Of a stretch of 64,000 nucleotides of DNA, positions 38,961-49,005 are shown piece by piece. Numbering within the stretch: the first letter of the stretch is position 1; each line of letters starts with the position of its first letter. The notes beneath the pieces are model-generated. The model saw nothing but the letters and a program-made list of their open reading frames with translations, was not told where the DNA came from and searched no databases. Position numbers and translations under genes: made by a program. The stretch is from Thermodesulfovibrionia bacterium (GTDB lineage: Bacteria; Nitrospirota; Thermodesulfovibrionia; UBA6902): positions 1 to 64,000 of the forward strand of contig CAMYND010000019.1 of NCBI GenBank assembly GCA_947259645.1, written 5' to 3'.

Positions 38961-39239
38961 TTACACCTTCTCTACAAGAGCTTTGAACTGCAGACTCGGT
39001 TTAAAGGTAACAACTCTTCTCTGCTCTATTTCCAGCTCGTCGCCTGTTTTGGGGTTTCTTCCCTTACGAGAGCTTTTTTTCCTGACCAGGAAGGTACCGA
39101 AACCTGTAATCTTGATGGACTCACCCTCAGCAAGAATGCTCTTCATCGACTCAAATAGTGTTTCCACCATTGCAGTTGCTTCCTTCTTGGGAAGCCCAAT
39201 CTTCTCATAAAGCCTGTCAGCTAAATCAGCTTTTGTCAT
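38961..39239 (-). CDS. ihfA: integration host factor alpha-like (HU/IHF family)
   Basis: MTKADLADRLYEKIGLPKKEA...GFGTF...RNPKTGDEL signature. Confidence 0.85.
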   Translation of the reverse strand: MTKADLADRLYEKIGLPKKEATAMVETLFESMKSILAEGESIKITGFGTFLVRKKSSRKGRNPKTGDELEIEQRRVVTFKPSLQFKALVEKV

Positions 39240-39347
39240 AACTACCCTCCTATCATTTTTTTTAAATTATAAGAGGACATAGCCCCATTGTCAAGATCAG
39301 ATTCATAAAAAATGAAATATTATTTGTCAAGCCTTCCCCCAGAATGA

Positions 39348-40376
39348 CTAAAACACAACCCAGGGCTGTGGCATAAAATTCTGCTCATACAACATAATCG
39401 CAAACCTGTCAGTCATGCCTGCAATAAAGTCACAGACCATCCTCTCTTTATCCTTAACCATTTCCTTAGGAAATTCTTTAAAGATTTCCTCGGTATGTTC
39501 CATATAGTAATTATACAGATCAAAGAGAATTTTCCGTGCTTTTTTAAATTCTTTTTTAGACCTGTCACTCTCGTACACATTTTCATACAGGAAATCTCTT
39601 AATGCATAGGTGATGTTTGTTATCTCCTCACTCATCCTGATTTCCTCTAATTCTGAATCCAGCGTGCGATATATTAAGTCTTTTACCATCGCGTCAATCC
39701 TTCGGGATGGTGTGTCCCCGATTACAAGAAGTTCCCGGGGAATTATGGAGCGTTTGAGCACACCTGCCCGAATAGCATCATCAAGGTCGTGATTTACATA
39801 GGCAATAATGTCAGAAACCCTGACAATCTGGCCTTCAAGGGTCTCGCCCTTTCTGTTTTGAGAAAATATCCTGCCCTTTCCCTTTGAGTGCTTTACAATG
39901 CCGTCCCGTACTTCAACGGTTAAATTGAGTCCGCGCCCGTTTCTCTCCAGGGTCTCAACAACGCGCAAACTCTGGTTAAAATGATTAAACCCGCCGGGAT
40001 AAATTTCGCGCAGTATGTCCTCCCCGGCGTGGCCAAACGGGGTGTGCCCCAAATCATGGCCAAGTGCGATCGCCTCGGTAAGGTCCTCATTCAACCGTAA
40101 TGCCCTGGCAATCGTCCGGGCAATCTGTGACACCTCAAGTGTATGAGTAAGGCGGGTCCTGTAATGATCTCCTCTGGGTGCGAGGAAAACCTGGGTCTTG
40201 TGCTTTAACCTTCTGAATGATTTTGAGTGGATAATCCTGTCCCGGTCTCGCTGGAAGCAGGTCCGTATTTGCTCTTCTCGTTCTTTTCTTTGTCTCCCTC
40301 TGCTCTGTGAACTGAGGCATGCCCTGGGGTGGAGGGTCGCTTCTTCGATTTTTTCTGTCTGTTCTCTGATCTTCAT
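39348..40376 (-). CDS. dgt: dGTPase-like HD-domain triphosphohydrolase
   Basis: [44 protein letters not shown]. Confidence 0.85.
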   Translation of the reverse strand: MKIREQTEKIEEATLHPRACLSSQSRGRQRKEREEQIRTCFQRDRDRIIHSKSFRRLKHKTQVFLAPRGDHYRTRLTHTLEVSQIARTIARALRLNEDLTEAIALGHDLGHTPFGHAGEDILREIYPGGFNHFNQSLRVVETLERNGRGLNLTVEVRDGIVKHSKGKGRIFSQNRKGETLEGQIVRVSDIIAYVNHDLDDAIRAGVLKRSIIPRELLVIGDTPSRRIDAMVKDLIYRTLDSELEEIRMSEEITNITYALRDFLYENVYESDRSKKEFKKARKILFDLYNYYMEHTEEIFKEFPKEMVKDKERMVCDFIAGMTDRFAIMLYEQNFMPQPWVVF

Positions 40377-40425
40377 GGGCCTGACTATACCTCAGCGGCT
40401 TTACAGTTTCAACTCTCTGATAATA

Positions 40426-41388
40426 TCACCGTTCCGCAACCATCAACACCCCGTCAGGCACAGTTACTTTTTTTACCGTGCTGAATCCGGCCTTTAGCAG
40501 CCATGTTTTCATCTCTCCCGGCGTATAGGTTCGGCCGCCATCCGTGTGGACAAGCATATTAATGGCAAAGAGCGCGCTCCAGAGGGGTTCAGTCTTCTTT
40601 TCGTTGACAAGAAACTCATGAATCACCACCCGCCCTTTTCCACGAAGCGCTTTGCGGCATTTTCTCATAAGCATGATATTTTTTCTCTCTGAATAGGCAT
40701 GGCAAATCTGGCTAACCAGTATAAGGTCATACTCTTTGCCGATATCATCTGAAAAGAAATCCCCGCCCACAAATGTAATGGCACCCGTTTTCAACCCCGC
40801 GCTTCGAATCACTTTTTTCGCGTACTTTTCTGTTTCAGGTGCGTCAAACAGGGTAATCTGAATATTTTTTTTAGCCATTTCTATGGCATAGGTTCCCGGG
40901 CCGCCGCCAAGGTCGAGGGCTGTATTGACGCCCCTGAGCCCAATCGCACTCAGCACCTTTCCCGCCTTCAACTCAGACAGGTTGTGCATCCCGAGAATAA
41001 AGGACTCATGGTCCCGTTTGCCCCTGCAGGGTTTTCCTGTTTTTATGACTCTGTCAAGATTTGACCAGGAGTCCCACATCCGGTCTGCATGCCTGATGAT
41101 GTCCCCCTGGTAGTATTCACTTGTAGACACAAGGAATTTCGAGGATGAAGGAGTGTTTACATAGCCGCTCTTTTCTTTTCTGAGGAGCCCCATCCCGGTA
41201 AGGGCATCAAGGAGAATTTCGGTTGCCCGGCGGTCAGCGCGAATTTTATGAGCGAGGGCGCGCGCGTTCATTCTGTCTTCAAGGTGATCGAAAACGTGGT
41301 AATTGCTGGCAGTAAGGATCACCCTGGATGACATGAAACCGCTCCAAATTTTCTTTATCCCCTGTGACTGCTGCAGTATGCTCGCCAT
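40426..41388 (-). CDS. class I SAM-dependent O-methyltransferase-like protein (dimerisation domain + MTase)
   Basis: LDLGGGPGTYAIEMA glycine-rich SAM motif; acidic motif II. Confidence 0.7.
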   Translation of the reverse strand: MASILQQSQGIKKIWSGFMSSRVILTASNYHVFDHLEDRMNARALAHKIRADRRATEILLDALTGMGLLRKEKSGYVNTPSSSKFLVSTSEYYQGDIIRHADRMWDSWSNLDRVIKTGKPCRGKRDHESFILGMHNLSELKAGKVLSAIGLRGVNTALDLGGGPGTYAIEMAKKNIQITLFDAPETEKYAKKVIRSAGLKTGAITFVGGDFFSDDIGKEYDLILVSQICHAYSERKNIMLMRKCRKALRGKGRVVIHEFLVNEKKTEPLWSALFAINMLVHTDGGRTYTPGEMKTWLLKAGFSTVKKVTVPDGVLMVAER

Positions 41389-41429
41389 GTTTTATCCTGG
41401 TTCTGACATGCTAAATCTTCAGCCTGCCG

Positions 41430-41708
41430 CTAGAGCCCCATTTTTTTCAATGCTTCCTCAGCAGGGTCTTTCACTGCGGGACCTTCTCCGGGCAAATACA
41501 GCATCACTCCGCCTTTAACAGGCCTGACAATTATCTTCTGCGCCTGGGAAAGCTGGGTCACCGCGTCAACAGGATTATCACCATCATAGTATTTTTTAAA
41601 GGCACTGTTGAATCCTGAGTACACCGAGTGTATCCCCTTGTAACCTTCCTTTCTCAACGATTGGATGGCTTTTTTCACAAACTCCTCATGGCTTAATTTC
41701 TCTGACAT
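41430..41708 (-). CDS. hypothetical protein, 92 aa, consensus AGGAGG SD
   Basis: AGGAGG five nucleotides upstream of the ATG. No recognised domain. Confidence 0.5.
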   Translation of the reverse strand: MSEKLSHEEFVKKAIQSLRKEGYKGIHSVYSGFNSAFKKYYDGDNPVDAVTQLSQAQKIIVRPVKGGVMLYLPGEGPAVKDPAEEALKKMGL

Positions 41709-41818
41709 AATACCCTCCTTTAATTATACTGTTTTCAGCTGTCACATGAATCTCATGTGTAATTCTTTCCTGATACGTTTACAAACTATATATCAAAAGA
41801 ATTCTTATCAATAGCCGG

Positions 41819-43126
41819 TCACAGAGTATCATTTAAGCCAGCAGCATCGGAGTCAATGGGTTCTACGTTTTGTTTTCTCAGGTCATCAATCTTTCGCAAA
41901 GGCCGTTCAAGCTGGTTGACCCGTGTTGTGGTAAGTAAATCGTATTCTTTCTTTGCAGAATCAAGCCTCTCCCCCATGACCCTGAATTTATCTTTGTATG
42001 CTTTCCACTGTTTGGAAAAGTCTCCAAGGAGCTGTATCATTTCAGAGGCGGTCTTCTCGATGCTAAAATTTTCAATAGCCTGCCTGATGACTGCCAGGAC
42101 CGCATAGAGCGTAAAGGGGGAGCAGAGGACAACCTTCTGTTTCAGCGCCTCATCCATCAGTGTAAGGTCCGATTCATTGAGAAAGCCGTACACCTGTTCG
42201 TTCGGAATGAAAATAAGAACATAATCAACAGTGTTGTCAGCGGGGTTAATATAGTCACGTGTTGTGACCTGCTTGATCATCAATTTCGTGTTTTTCAGCA
42301 GCTCATCCCGGTACCGTTTTCTGTCATGGTCAGTTTGAGCGTCGAGATAGTGGATGTAGTTATCAAGGGGGAATTTTACATCCATGTTGATCTTCAGTTT
42401 ATTTGGCATCAAGAAGGTATAATCAGGCCTCCCTGATGAGCTGTCCAGTGTTTTCTGTTTGGTGTAGTTCACTCCCTCAACCATGCCGACCAGGTTAATA
42501 ATATCCTCGGCCATGCGCTCTCCCCACTCACCTCTTTTCTTCGAACTTGCCAGTGCCTGTCTGAGATGATCAGCGGTATCTTTCAGCTTCAAGGTAATGT
42601 CCTCATGCTTTTTAATGAGGGTGGAAACCTCAATATTCCCCTTCCCCACATCTTCGATCTTCATTTTCACCTCGGAAAGGGTCTTGTCCATCTCTTTCAG
42701 GCTGTTATCGATAAGATCTTTCTTGACCTCCAGTTCCTTAGTACCCTCAATTGTCTGGGATTTCAGTCTTTCACCGGCAAGCTTCAGAAACGTCTCGGAA
42801 CTCCTGTCCAATGCTTCTGATGAGAGTGACTTAAACTTGTCCAAAAGCTCTTTTTCCATGGCCAGTAAATTTTTTTCAGTCTCATGATACCGCGCTTCAC
42901 TTGCTGCCCGAATCTCTTTCTCATACTGAAGATCAGTCCGGACATCCTCAAGTTTTCTCTCAAGGTCTTCATTCTGTTTTCTCAATTCACCGTTGACAGC
43001 GTCGGAACTGCCGGCCTTCCCTTCAAAGAATGAGATTTTTTTCGAAAGTATGATATAAAGGATAAGCGAAGCCAGGGCCGCGCCGATTACAAAGCCCGCT
43101 GCGATGAAGCTGATCTCTGTTGCCAT
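41819..43126 (-). CDS. rmuC: DNA recombination protein RmuC
   Basis: N-terminal transmembrane segment, long coiled coil, C-terminal VLIFIPNEQVYGFL RmuC core. Confidence 0.85.
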   Translation of the reverse strand: MATEISFIAAGFVIGAALASLILYIILSKKISFFEGKAGSSDAVNGELRKQNEDLERKLEDVRTDLQYEKEIRAASEARYHETEKNLLAMEKELLDKFKSLSSEALDRSSETFLKLAGERLKSQTIEGTKELEVKKDLIDNSLKEMDKTLSEVKMKIEDVGKGNIEVSTLIKKHEDITLKLKDTADHLRQALASSKKRGEWGERMAEDIINLVGMVEGVNYTKQKTLDSSSGRPDYTFLMPNKLKINMDVKFPLDNYIHYLDAQTDHDRKRYRDELLKNTKLMIKQVTTRDYINPADNTVDYVLIFIPNEQVYGFLNESDLTLMDEALKQKVVLCSPFTLYAVLAVIRQAIENFSIEKTASEMIQLLGDFSKQWKAYKDKFRVMGERLDSAKKEYDLLTTTRVNQLERPLRKIDDLRKQNVEPIDSDAAGLNDTL

Positions 43127-43197
43127 AATTATTCCCTGATTATCCTGTCCATGATAATTGTTATATCTAAATATCTATTCATCGTTACGGTAACGGG

Positions 43198-43662
43198 CTA
43201 CTGAATCATGTCCGGTTTCATAAAGCCTTCCACAGACCAGATGCCATTCTCTGATCTGCTCAGGCACAGGACAGAACCCATCGCAAAATTGATTACGTTT
43301 TTTTCACTGTTGCCGCAGAGAAGCAGTCCCGTTAGCTTAGAAAGATGAGGCAGGTGCCCCACAATCATAAGGTCATCATCTGCTTTCCCCAGGCGCTCAT
43401 ACCAGAGATCAGGATCGTCCATTGGCGCCAGTCCGTCCGACTCAACCACCTCCATGGTCCCAGCATTCTGTTTTGCCAGTATCTGAGCTGTCTGATATGC
43501 GCGGGCCTTACCGCTATGCACTGCCCGCGTGGCCGATGCACCCAGTTCTGAAATGTAGTGAGCAACTCTGGTAATGTCGTCAATGCCCCTTTGAGACAGA
43601 CTCCGCTCCGGGTCCTCTCCCTTGCTTAATGCTTCAGCATGCTGCACCAGATAGAGAAGCAT
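43198..43662 (-). CDS. sixA: phosphohistidine phosphatase SixA (histidine phosphatase superfamily)
   Basis: LYLVQHAEA...RGH motif arrangement; about 154 aa. Confidence 0.75.
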   Translation of the reverse strand: MLLYLVQHAEALSKGEDPERSLSQRGIDDITRVAHYISELGASATRAVHSGKARAYQTAQILAKQNAGTMEVVESDGLAPMDDPDLWYERLGKADDDLMIVGHLPHLSKLTGLLLCGNSEKNVINFAMGSVLCLSRSENGIWSVEGFMKPDMIQ

Positions 43663-43693
43663 GTCCCTCCTTTATGAGATGAGAAATTAACTG

Positions 43694-45562
43694 TCACGCT
43701 ATTTCCTTACGCGATGAGACAACCGGCATGCGGTCAAAATATTTTTTCACTTCCTCTATATCATGCACTATTTCCATATCCGGCAATGAAGAAATGATCG
43801 ATTTTCCATAGGAATTTTTTACTAATCGTGTATCAAGCAGCGCAATCACACCTTTTTCATCTACCCCTCTGATGAGACGTCCGAAGCCCTGTCTCAGCGT
43901 CAAGATCGCGGAGGGCAGAGCCAAGTCAGGAAACCAGCGGTCTCCCAAACGACGGCACCGTTCATCATAGACCGGGTCTCCGGGTGAACCAAAGGGCATC
44001 TTAACAATAATCACCATGCTCAAGGCATCACCTTTAATATCTATCCCCTGCCAGAATGTTGCCGTAGCAAGCAATACAGCGTTTGCCCTTTTTTTAAACC
44101 ATGATATCAGCCGTGCCGGCGGCATTTCCCCCTGGGATTTTACCGGATATTCAGTGTTGAGGTTCTCTCTCACATAATTGAGGTGGCTGTATGAAGTGAA
44201 CAGCACCAGGGCCCTCCCCCTGGATGCGGCTATCAGATTTTCTATAACTTTCAGGCTCTGTTCCTCGAACTTGACTTTGTTTTGTTTATCAGGCTTCGGC
44301 AGGTCTCTGTTTATATACACAATGGCCTGTTTCCTGAAGTCATAGGGCGAGCCGATCATCCGTTCCCTGAAGGGAGAACCTTCATCAAGGCCGAGCCTCG
44401 CTTTAAAAAAACCGAAGTTCCCCCCTGCGGTTAACGTGGCAGATGTCAACACAGTACTTTCAAAACTGTTCAGAAGGTCACAAAAAGAGGTGCGGCACTC
44501 TACAAGACTGCTGCAGAGTTCAACCCCTCTCTTGCTCCCTGTCATGAAGTAAACCTTTTCATCATTTCCCTGGTCAATTAAGTCATCCATAACAAACGCC
44601 AGTGACTTGATATAGGTAACAGTGGTATCAACCCGGTCTCTCATTTCATCATTTTTCTGCAAATCACTGTCAGAAGTTATTCGTTTAATGATGTTGTCAA
44701 AGGCAAACAAGTCCTTCAAGTTCTTCAAAGCTTCAACAACTGACTGGGGAACGGGATAAACTGTGCGATAGGAGATGTCCTTTCTTTTAAAAAAAGTCTC
44801 CACCGGTTCGAACAGGCCCTCAACAGCCACCTTTAAACCCTTCAGGCGGTAGAGGACCCACATCACTTTTGTGTAATTCAGGGTGCTGCCGGCAGTGTTG
44901 CAGATGACATCTTCGATCTTGTGGGCCTCATCAATAACGAGTTGAGAATGAAAAGGCAGCACATTGGCTTCAGAGAGAAGGTCATATACAAGGAGGTGAT
45001 GGTTCACTATCAGCAGATCTACGTTAAAAAGGCTTCGGTAATGAGAATAATAATAACAGTCAGTATAATCAGGGCACTGCCCGGCACTGCAGTCATCTGA
45101 ATCACCACAGACGCTGCCCCAGAAATCAGGGATAAAGGACAGTTCATTTCTGTCGCCAGTCACTGTCTCGGAAACCCATGCAGCGAATTTCTCATATCCC
45201 TTTCCGAGTTCAGGTTGAAACTCTCTCCCCCTTTTCAGGCAGAGATAATTGTTCTTGCCCTTGAGCAGGGCAAAAGAGAATTTCTGTGGAAGTATCTGCT
45301 GAAGCAGCACAAGGTCTTTATTGACGAGCTGGTCCTGAAGTGCTAATGTGGCTGTTGACACAACCGTCTTTTCCTTGGACACTATGGCTGGAATAAGGTA
45401 TGCGTAGGACTTTCCGATTCCTGTTCCGGCCTCTATGAGAAGCCGCTCTTTGTTGCGCAGGCACGCAAGAACCTCCTCAGCCATACTGATCTGCTGGGGA
45501 CGTTTTTCATATCCGGGAAGGTTTGTCTGTAATGTATTAAAAGCAGATGAAATCTCGCTCAA
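43694..45562 (-). CDS. dinG: DinG/XPD-family Fe-S DNA helicase (Rad3-like, no exonuclease domain)
   Basis: EAGTGIGKSYAYL (motif I). Four-Cys cluster (C..CGDSDDCSAGQCPDYTDC) between motifs I and II. VIDEAHKIEDV (DEAH). Confidence 0.8.
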   Translation of the reverse strand: MSEISSAFNTLQTNLPGYEKRPQQISMAEEVLACLRNKERLLIEAGTGIGKSYAYLIPAIVSKEKTVVSTATLALQDQLVNKDLVLLQQILPQKFSFALLKGKNNYLCLKRGREFQPELGKGYEKFAAWVSETVTGDRNELSFIPDFWGSVCGDSDDCSAGQCPDYTDCYYYSHYRSLFNVDLLIVNHHLLVYDLLSEANVLPFHSQLVIDEAHKIEDVICNTAGSTLNYTKVMWVLYRLKGLKVAVEGLFEPVETFFKRKDISYRTVYPVPQSVVEALKNLKDLFAFDNIIKRITSDSDLQKNDEMRDRVDTTVTYIKSLAFVMDDLIDQGNDEKVYFMTGSKRGVELCSSLVECRTSFCDLLNSFESTVLTSATLTAGGNFGFFKARLGLDEGSPFRERMIGSPYDFRKQAIVYINRDLPKPDKQNKVKFEEQSLKVIENLIAASRGRALVLFTSYSHLNYVRENLNTEYPVKSQGEMPPARLISWFKKRANAVLLATATFWQGIDIKGDALSMVIIVKMPFGSPGDPVYDERCRRLGDRWFPDLALPSAILTLRQGFGRLIRGVDEKGVIALLDTRLVKNSYGKSIISSLPDMEIVHDIEEVKKYFDRMPVVSSRKEIA

Positions 45563-45573
45563 TAAAAACTCCC

Positions 45574-46146
45574 TTAGCCAGGCTTTTTCAATTGTTCATA
45601 TACCCAGATTTTACCGCGATCGGACATTGTTTCCGCTCTTTTGACAAGCCTTTTTTTGTATAAATTCAGGAGCCTGGTTCCGCTTGTGTTAGCGGCGAGC
45701 TGAATGGCTTCCGAGAGTTCCTTAGCTGTTATTTTATCTTTTTTTATAATAATATCAAGCGTTTCTTTCAGGTAATTGTTCAGCGTCCCCATCAGCCGCT
45801 GTTTTCCATTGCTCATTTCAGCCATTACAGCAAGACCCTTTCGCTCGAGAGCAACGACAACATTTTCTCTCTGATGCTCATTAAGTCCGCATAAAATAAT
45901 GAATTTATCGCCATACTCATTGCTGATCAACCGGGACATCAGTTTGGCAATAATCTCATCTGCACAGGAATAATCCACTATTCCTATGCGGGTAAAATCA
46001 AGAGAAATAATTGTTCCTGCTTTTTCCTCTATGATTTTCTCTTCAATGCGTTCCCGGACCAGTTTGCCTGATTGCCGCGTCACAAGGTCAGACGAACTGT
46101 TTTTCAGTGCCTTCTCAAGAATACTGTATAAGTCATATGTTGCCAT
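45574..46146 (-). CDS. STAS-like (DUF4325-like) domain protein with C-terminal wHTH-like segment
   Basis: ISLDFTRIGIVDYSCADEIIAKL resembles STAS/DUF4325. C-terminal ITAKELSEAIQLAANTSGTRLLNLYKKRLV resembles a winged HTH. Eleven-nucleotide gap to dinG. Confidence 0.45.
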   Translation of the reverse strand: MATYDLYSILEKALKNSSSDLVTRQSGKLVRERIEEKIIEEKAGTIISLDFTRIGIVDYSCADEIIAKLMSRLISNEYGDKFIILCGLNEHQRENVVVALERKGLAVMAEMSNGKQRLMGTLNNYLKETLDIIIKKDKITAKELSEAIQLAANTSGTRLLNLYKKRLVKRAETMSDRGKIWVYEQLKKPG

Positions 46147-46287
46147 AATCGATTATCTTCGTCTCATATATACTGCATGCTCTCGTACGCAGGCAATGAA
46201 TGATGCGTTGTGCACAGCACAGTTAGGTGAACGTCGTGGCAGGGGGCAGGAAACCAGAAATGATAGCACACCCGGGTCGTTACACTG

Positions 46288-46506
46288 CTACATATAAAAG
46301 CTGTCCCACTCAGACTCTATCTCTTTGTATGCTTCACACACGATGATCTGCTCGCAGTCAGGGCAGAACCCGTCACAATCACAGTCGTCATCGTCGTCAC
46401 AACCGAAGAGAGACGCGTCAATGGCATGATCATGAGATTGTTGAAACTGAAAAAAGTCATTTAATATATCCAGATACCTCCCCGCAAAATCTTTGAGTGA
46501 AGCCAT
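46288..46506 (-). CDS. small acidic Cys-rich protein (about 72 aa; CDDDDDCDCDGFCPDCEQIIVC)
   Basis: AGGAGG SD four nucleotides upstream of ATG 46506; seven Cys in a D-rich cluster. Confidence 0.5.
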   Translation of the reverse strand: MASLKDFAGRYLDILNDFFQFQQSHDHAIDASLFGCDDDDDCDCDGFCPDCEQIIVCEAYKEIESEWDSFYM

Positions 46507-46557
46507 CACCCCTCCTTATTTAGGGTTAACCGGTAATGATATTAAATGTCGCTACTG

Positions 46558-46585
46558 TTCAATTGGTTCAATTGAACCAATTGAA
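46558..46585. promoter_or_regulatory. perfect 28-bp palindrome TTCAATTGGTTCAATTGAACCAATTGAA (3x CAATTG) in a divergent promoter region
   Basis: Read directly; lies between the minus-strand gene starting at 46506 and nfo starting at 46648. Confidence 0.8.
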
Positions 46586-46647
46586 TCATAATTACCCTTT
46601 TTTGTCAAGAAATAATTACACTTATAAATTGTATACTTTAGGTTCTC

Positions 46648-47553
46648 ATGAACGCGCGAAAAAAAGAAAATCACAATTACAGGCTTGGGGTCCATACATC
46701 CATTGCCGGAGGGATACCTCAGTCTCTGGAGCGTGCCGCTGTGCTCAACTGCTCTGCCATGCAGATATTCTCCCACAGTCCGCGACAATGGAAAAAAACG
46801 CCTGTCAGTGCTGAGGAAGCTGCACAGTTCGCATTGTTGCGGAAGCAATATGATATTAACCCTGTCTATATCCATGCGTCATACCTGATTAACCTTGCAT
46901 CTCATTCTGATGATGTCCTGGCAAAATCAATCGACCTGCTCTCCTATGAGCTTCAGAATGCCGACAGACTGGGGGTTGAATATGTTGTACTCCACACTGG
47001 CAGCGCTCAGGGGGCAGACGGAAAAACAGCGAGAAAAAGGGCGGCAAGGTCGATACTGGAGGCTGTGACCGAAGGGTACAACGCTTCTATTCTGCTGGAA
47101 AATGCAGCCGGGTCCAGAGGCAGCTTAACATCAACAGTTGTATCACTCTCCGAGCTTCTCAACGGGTGTGACGGACAAGGAGTTTCAGGGGTCTGCATTG
47201 ATACCTGTCATGCCTATTCAGCAGGTTATGATTTCACCACAAAGGATGGAGCGAAAAATTTCATTGATGAGATAGAACAGCATATCGGGCTGGACAAGCT
47301 CAAACTGATCCACCTGAATGACTCAAAAAAACCTCCCGGCTCCGGGGTTGACAGACATGAGCACATTGGAAAAGGGTTTATCGGGACCACCGGTTTCAAA
47401 AACCTCCTGTCAGACAGGAGGATATCCTCTGTTCCGATCATTCTGGAGACCCCGAAAAAAACCGAATATGATGATATGAAAAACCTTGAATCTGTCAGAA
47501 AAATACTGGCTTCCTGCGGCGGGGCAAAAGGGACAAGGGCCAAAAAGATTTAA
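46648..47553 (+). CDS. nfo: endonuclease IV (AP endonuclease family 2)
   Basis: LGVHTSIAGG, HASYLINLAS, HTGS, and conserved His/Asp/Glu metal ligands. Confidence 0.9.
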   Translation: MNARKKENHNYRLGVHTSIAGGIPQSLERAAVLNCSAMQIFSHSPRQWKKTPVSAEEAAQFALLRKQYDINPVYIHASYLINLASHSDDVLAKSIDLLSYELQNADRLGVEYVVLHTGSAQGADGKTARKRAARSILEAVTEGYNASILLENAAGSRGSLTSTVVSLSELLNGCDGQGVSGVCIDTCHAYSAGYDFTTKDGAKNFIDEIEQHIGLDKLKLIHLNDSKKPPGSGVDRHEHIGKGFIGTTGFKNLLSDRRISSVPIILETPKKTEYDDMKNLESVRKILASCGGAKGTRAKKI

Positions 47554-47566
47554 CCACCGGCATCCA

Positions 47567-48328
47567 TTAAATGGTTAATATGCCCGTTGCCTCATAGCGG
47601 CTGGCGGTATACAACGTAAGGTCCTGCCTTCCAATTTCACGATGAGTCTTCAACGCTGTTTCCGGGTTATTGTTATTGTTCGAAAGATGAGCAAGGCATG
47701 CCCACTTCAGCCGATCACCTGCCTGGAGCAGTTCAGCTGCCTCCCTGTTTGAAAGGTGTCCTTCCGGCCCCTGGATACGGCGCTGCAAAGAGAGTGGATA
47801 GGGGCCCCGTACAAGCATGTCCGGGTCATAGTTGCTCTCGATAAATACTGCGTCCAGCATCGGCATCTCAGCATGAAGATCTCTAAAGGCATGGCCCAGG
47901 TCAGTCCAGATACCCAGCCGTTTTTCGCGGGAGGACAGCACAAAAACCGCCCCGTCTACACCATCGTGGGGAGAAGGGATGGTCTGCACTGAAACGCTCT
48001 CAAAACAGAGAGTATCTCCGGCCTGAAAGTAGTGAACAGTATCCATTTTGCCCAGATTATGTCTTTTCGACGCCCTCTGCAGGGTCCTCGGAGTAACATA
48101 AACCGGCAGGCCGAACTTCCTTCCGTATACTCCGGCATACCGGGAGTGATCTCCATGGTCATGGGAAAGGATTAAGGCGTCCACATCTCTTATGTTGCGG
48201 CCAAATCCCTCAAGACGCTGTTCAGCTCTAATGCCGGATATTCCTGCATCAAAGATAAGTTTAACACCCCCTGTTTCAACATACAGACAGTTTCCATTGC
48301 TGCCGGACTGAAGTGATATAGCGATCAT
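47567..48328 (-). CDS. MBL-fold metallo-hydrolase (ORF called to 48430; likely start ATG 48328)
   Basis: ILSHDHGDHS (HxHxDH) motif. Confidence 0.75.
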   Translation of the reverse strand: MIAISLQSGSNGNCLYVETGGVKLIFDAGISGIRAEQRLEGFGRNIRDVDALILSHDHGDHSRYAGVYGRKFGLPVYVTPRTLQRASKRHNLGKMDTVHYFQAGDTLCFESVSVQTIPSPHDGVDGAVFVLSSREKRLGIWTDLGHAFRDLHAEMPMLDAVFIESNYDPDMLVRGPYPLSLQRRIQGPEGHLSNREAAELLQAGDRLKWACLAHLSNNNNNPETALKTHREIGRQDLTLYTASRYEATGILTI

Positions 48329-48387
48329 TGCTCTTATCCTTGCATAGAGAAGTGGAAGATTACAAGGTGTGGTACATATCTTTATGA

Positions 48388-48495
48388 AAACCACGGAGAC
48401 ACGGAAACAGAGAGAATAAAGAATATTCAAGGAAGTTGGTTGTCTAATAATCAGATCTTTAGTGTTTTTCTCCGTGCCTCCGTGTCTCCGTGGTT
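48388..48495. repeat. long inverted repeat: AAACCACGGAGACACGGA (48388-48405) and its reverse complement (48478-48495)
   Basis: Eighteen-bp perfect arms with about 70 nt between them. Sits between the MBL gene start and the YkgJ-like gene end. Confidence 0.7.
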
Positions 48496-48505
48496 TACTT
48501 ACATT

Positions 48506-49000
48506 TCACGCCAGGAGCTTTCCCCTTACTAAAGTCAGCTGCTGATAGGAGTAAATGAACTCCCGATAGAGACGGGGCTTTTCCTGACTGAAACTTTCAA
48601 GCAGGGGCTCACAGAAGTAAAAGGTACAGCGGTAGGGCCTTTTCCATCTTTTAAGTGAGCAGCCTCTTTTACTCATGTGCCTGCAGGGGTCTGTCTCTTT
48701 CCGGTCCGGGGTATAGGGATATATGCCCTCGCCAAGGGCTGAGAGAAAGATAATATCATTCATACTGTAGAAACTGTGCCTGTTTATACAGCATACTTTG
48801 GGGCATTCCGGGCAAACCAGAGTTGTATGTGTTTCAATGAATGGACTGATCTCCTGAAACAGACGTTTCAGTTCCTCGGCAAGTCCTCTCCGGTCGGAGC
48901 CATCGATAATGTGGGGCCGTGAACTTTCCTGTGTCATACTGCTATCTAATCCTCCCCTTCGGTGCAGGTGACAGTGTCCCTCATCCATATATAACTGCAT
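48506..49000 (-). CDS. YkgJ-family Cys-cluster protein (CxxCxxCC putative Zn/Fe-chelating domain); start likely 49000 or 48988
   Basis: CPECPKVCC motif plus additional Cys (CTFYFCEP). Confidence 0.6.
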   Translation of the reverse strand: MQLYMDEGHCHLHRRGGLDSSMTQESSRPHIIDGSDRRGLAEELKRLFQEISPFIETHTTLVCPECPKVCCINRHSFYSMNDIIFLSALGEGIYPYTPDRKETDPCRHMSKRGCSLKRWKRPYRCTFYFCEPLLESFSQEKPRLYREFIYSYQQLTLVRGKLLA

Positions 49001-49005
49001 CCCTG

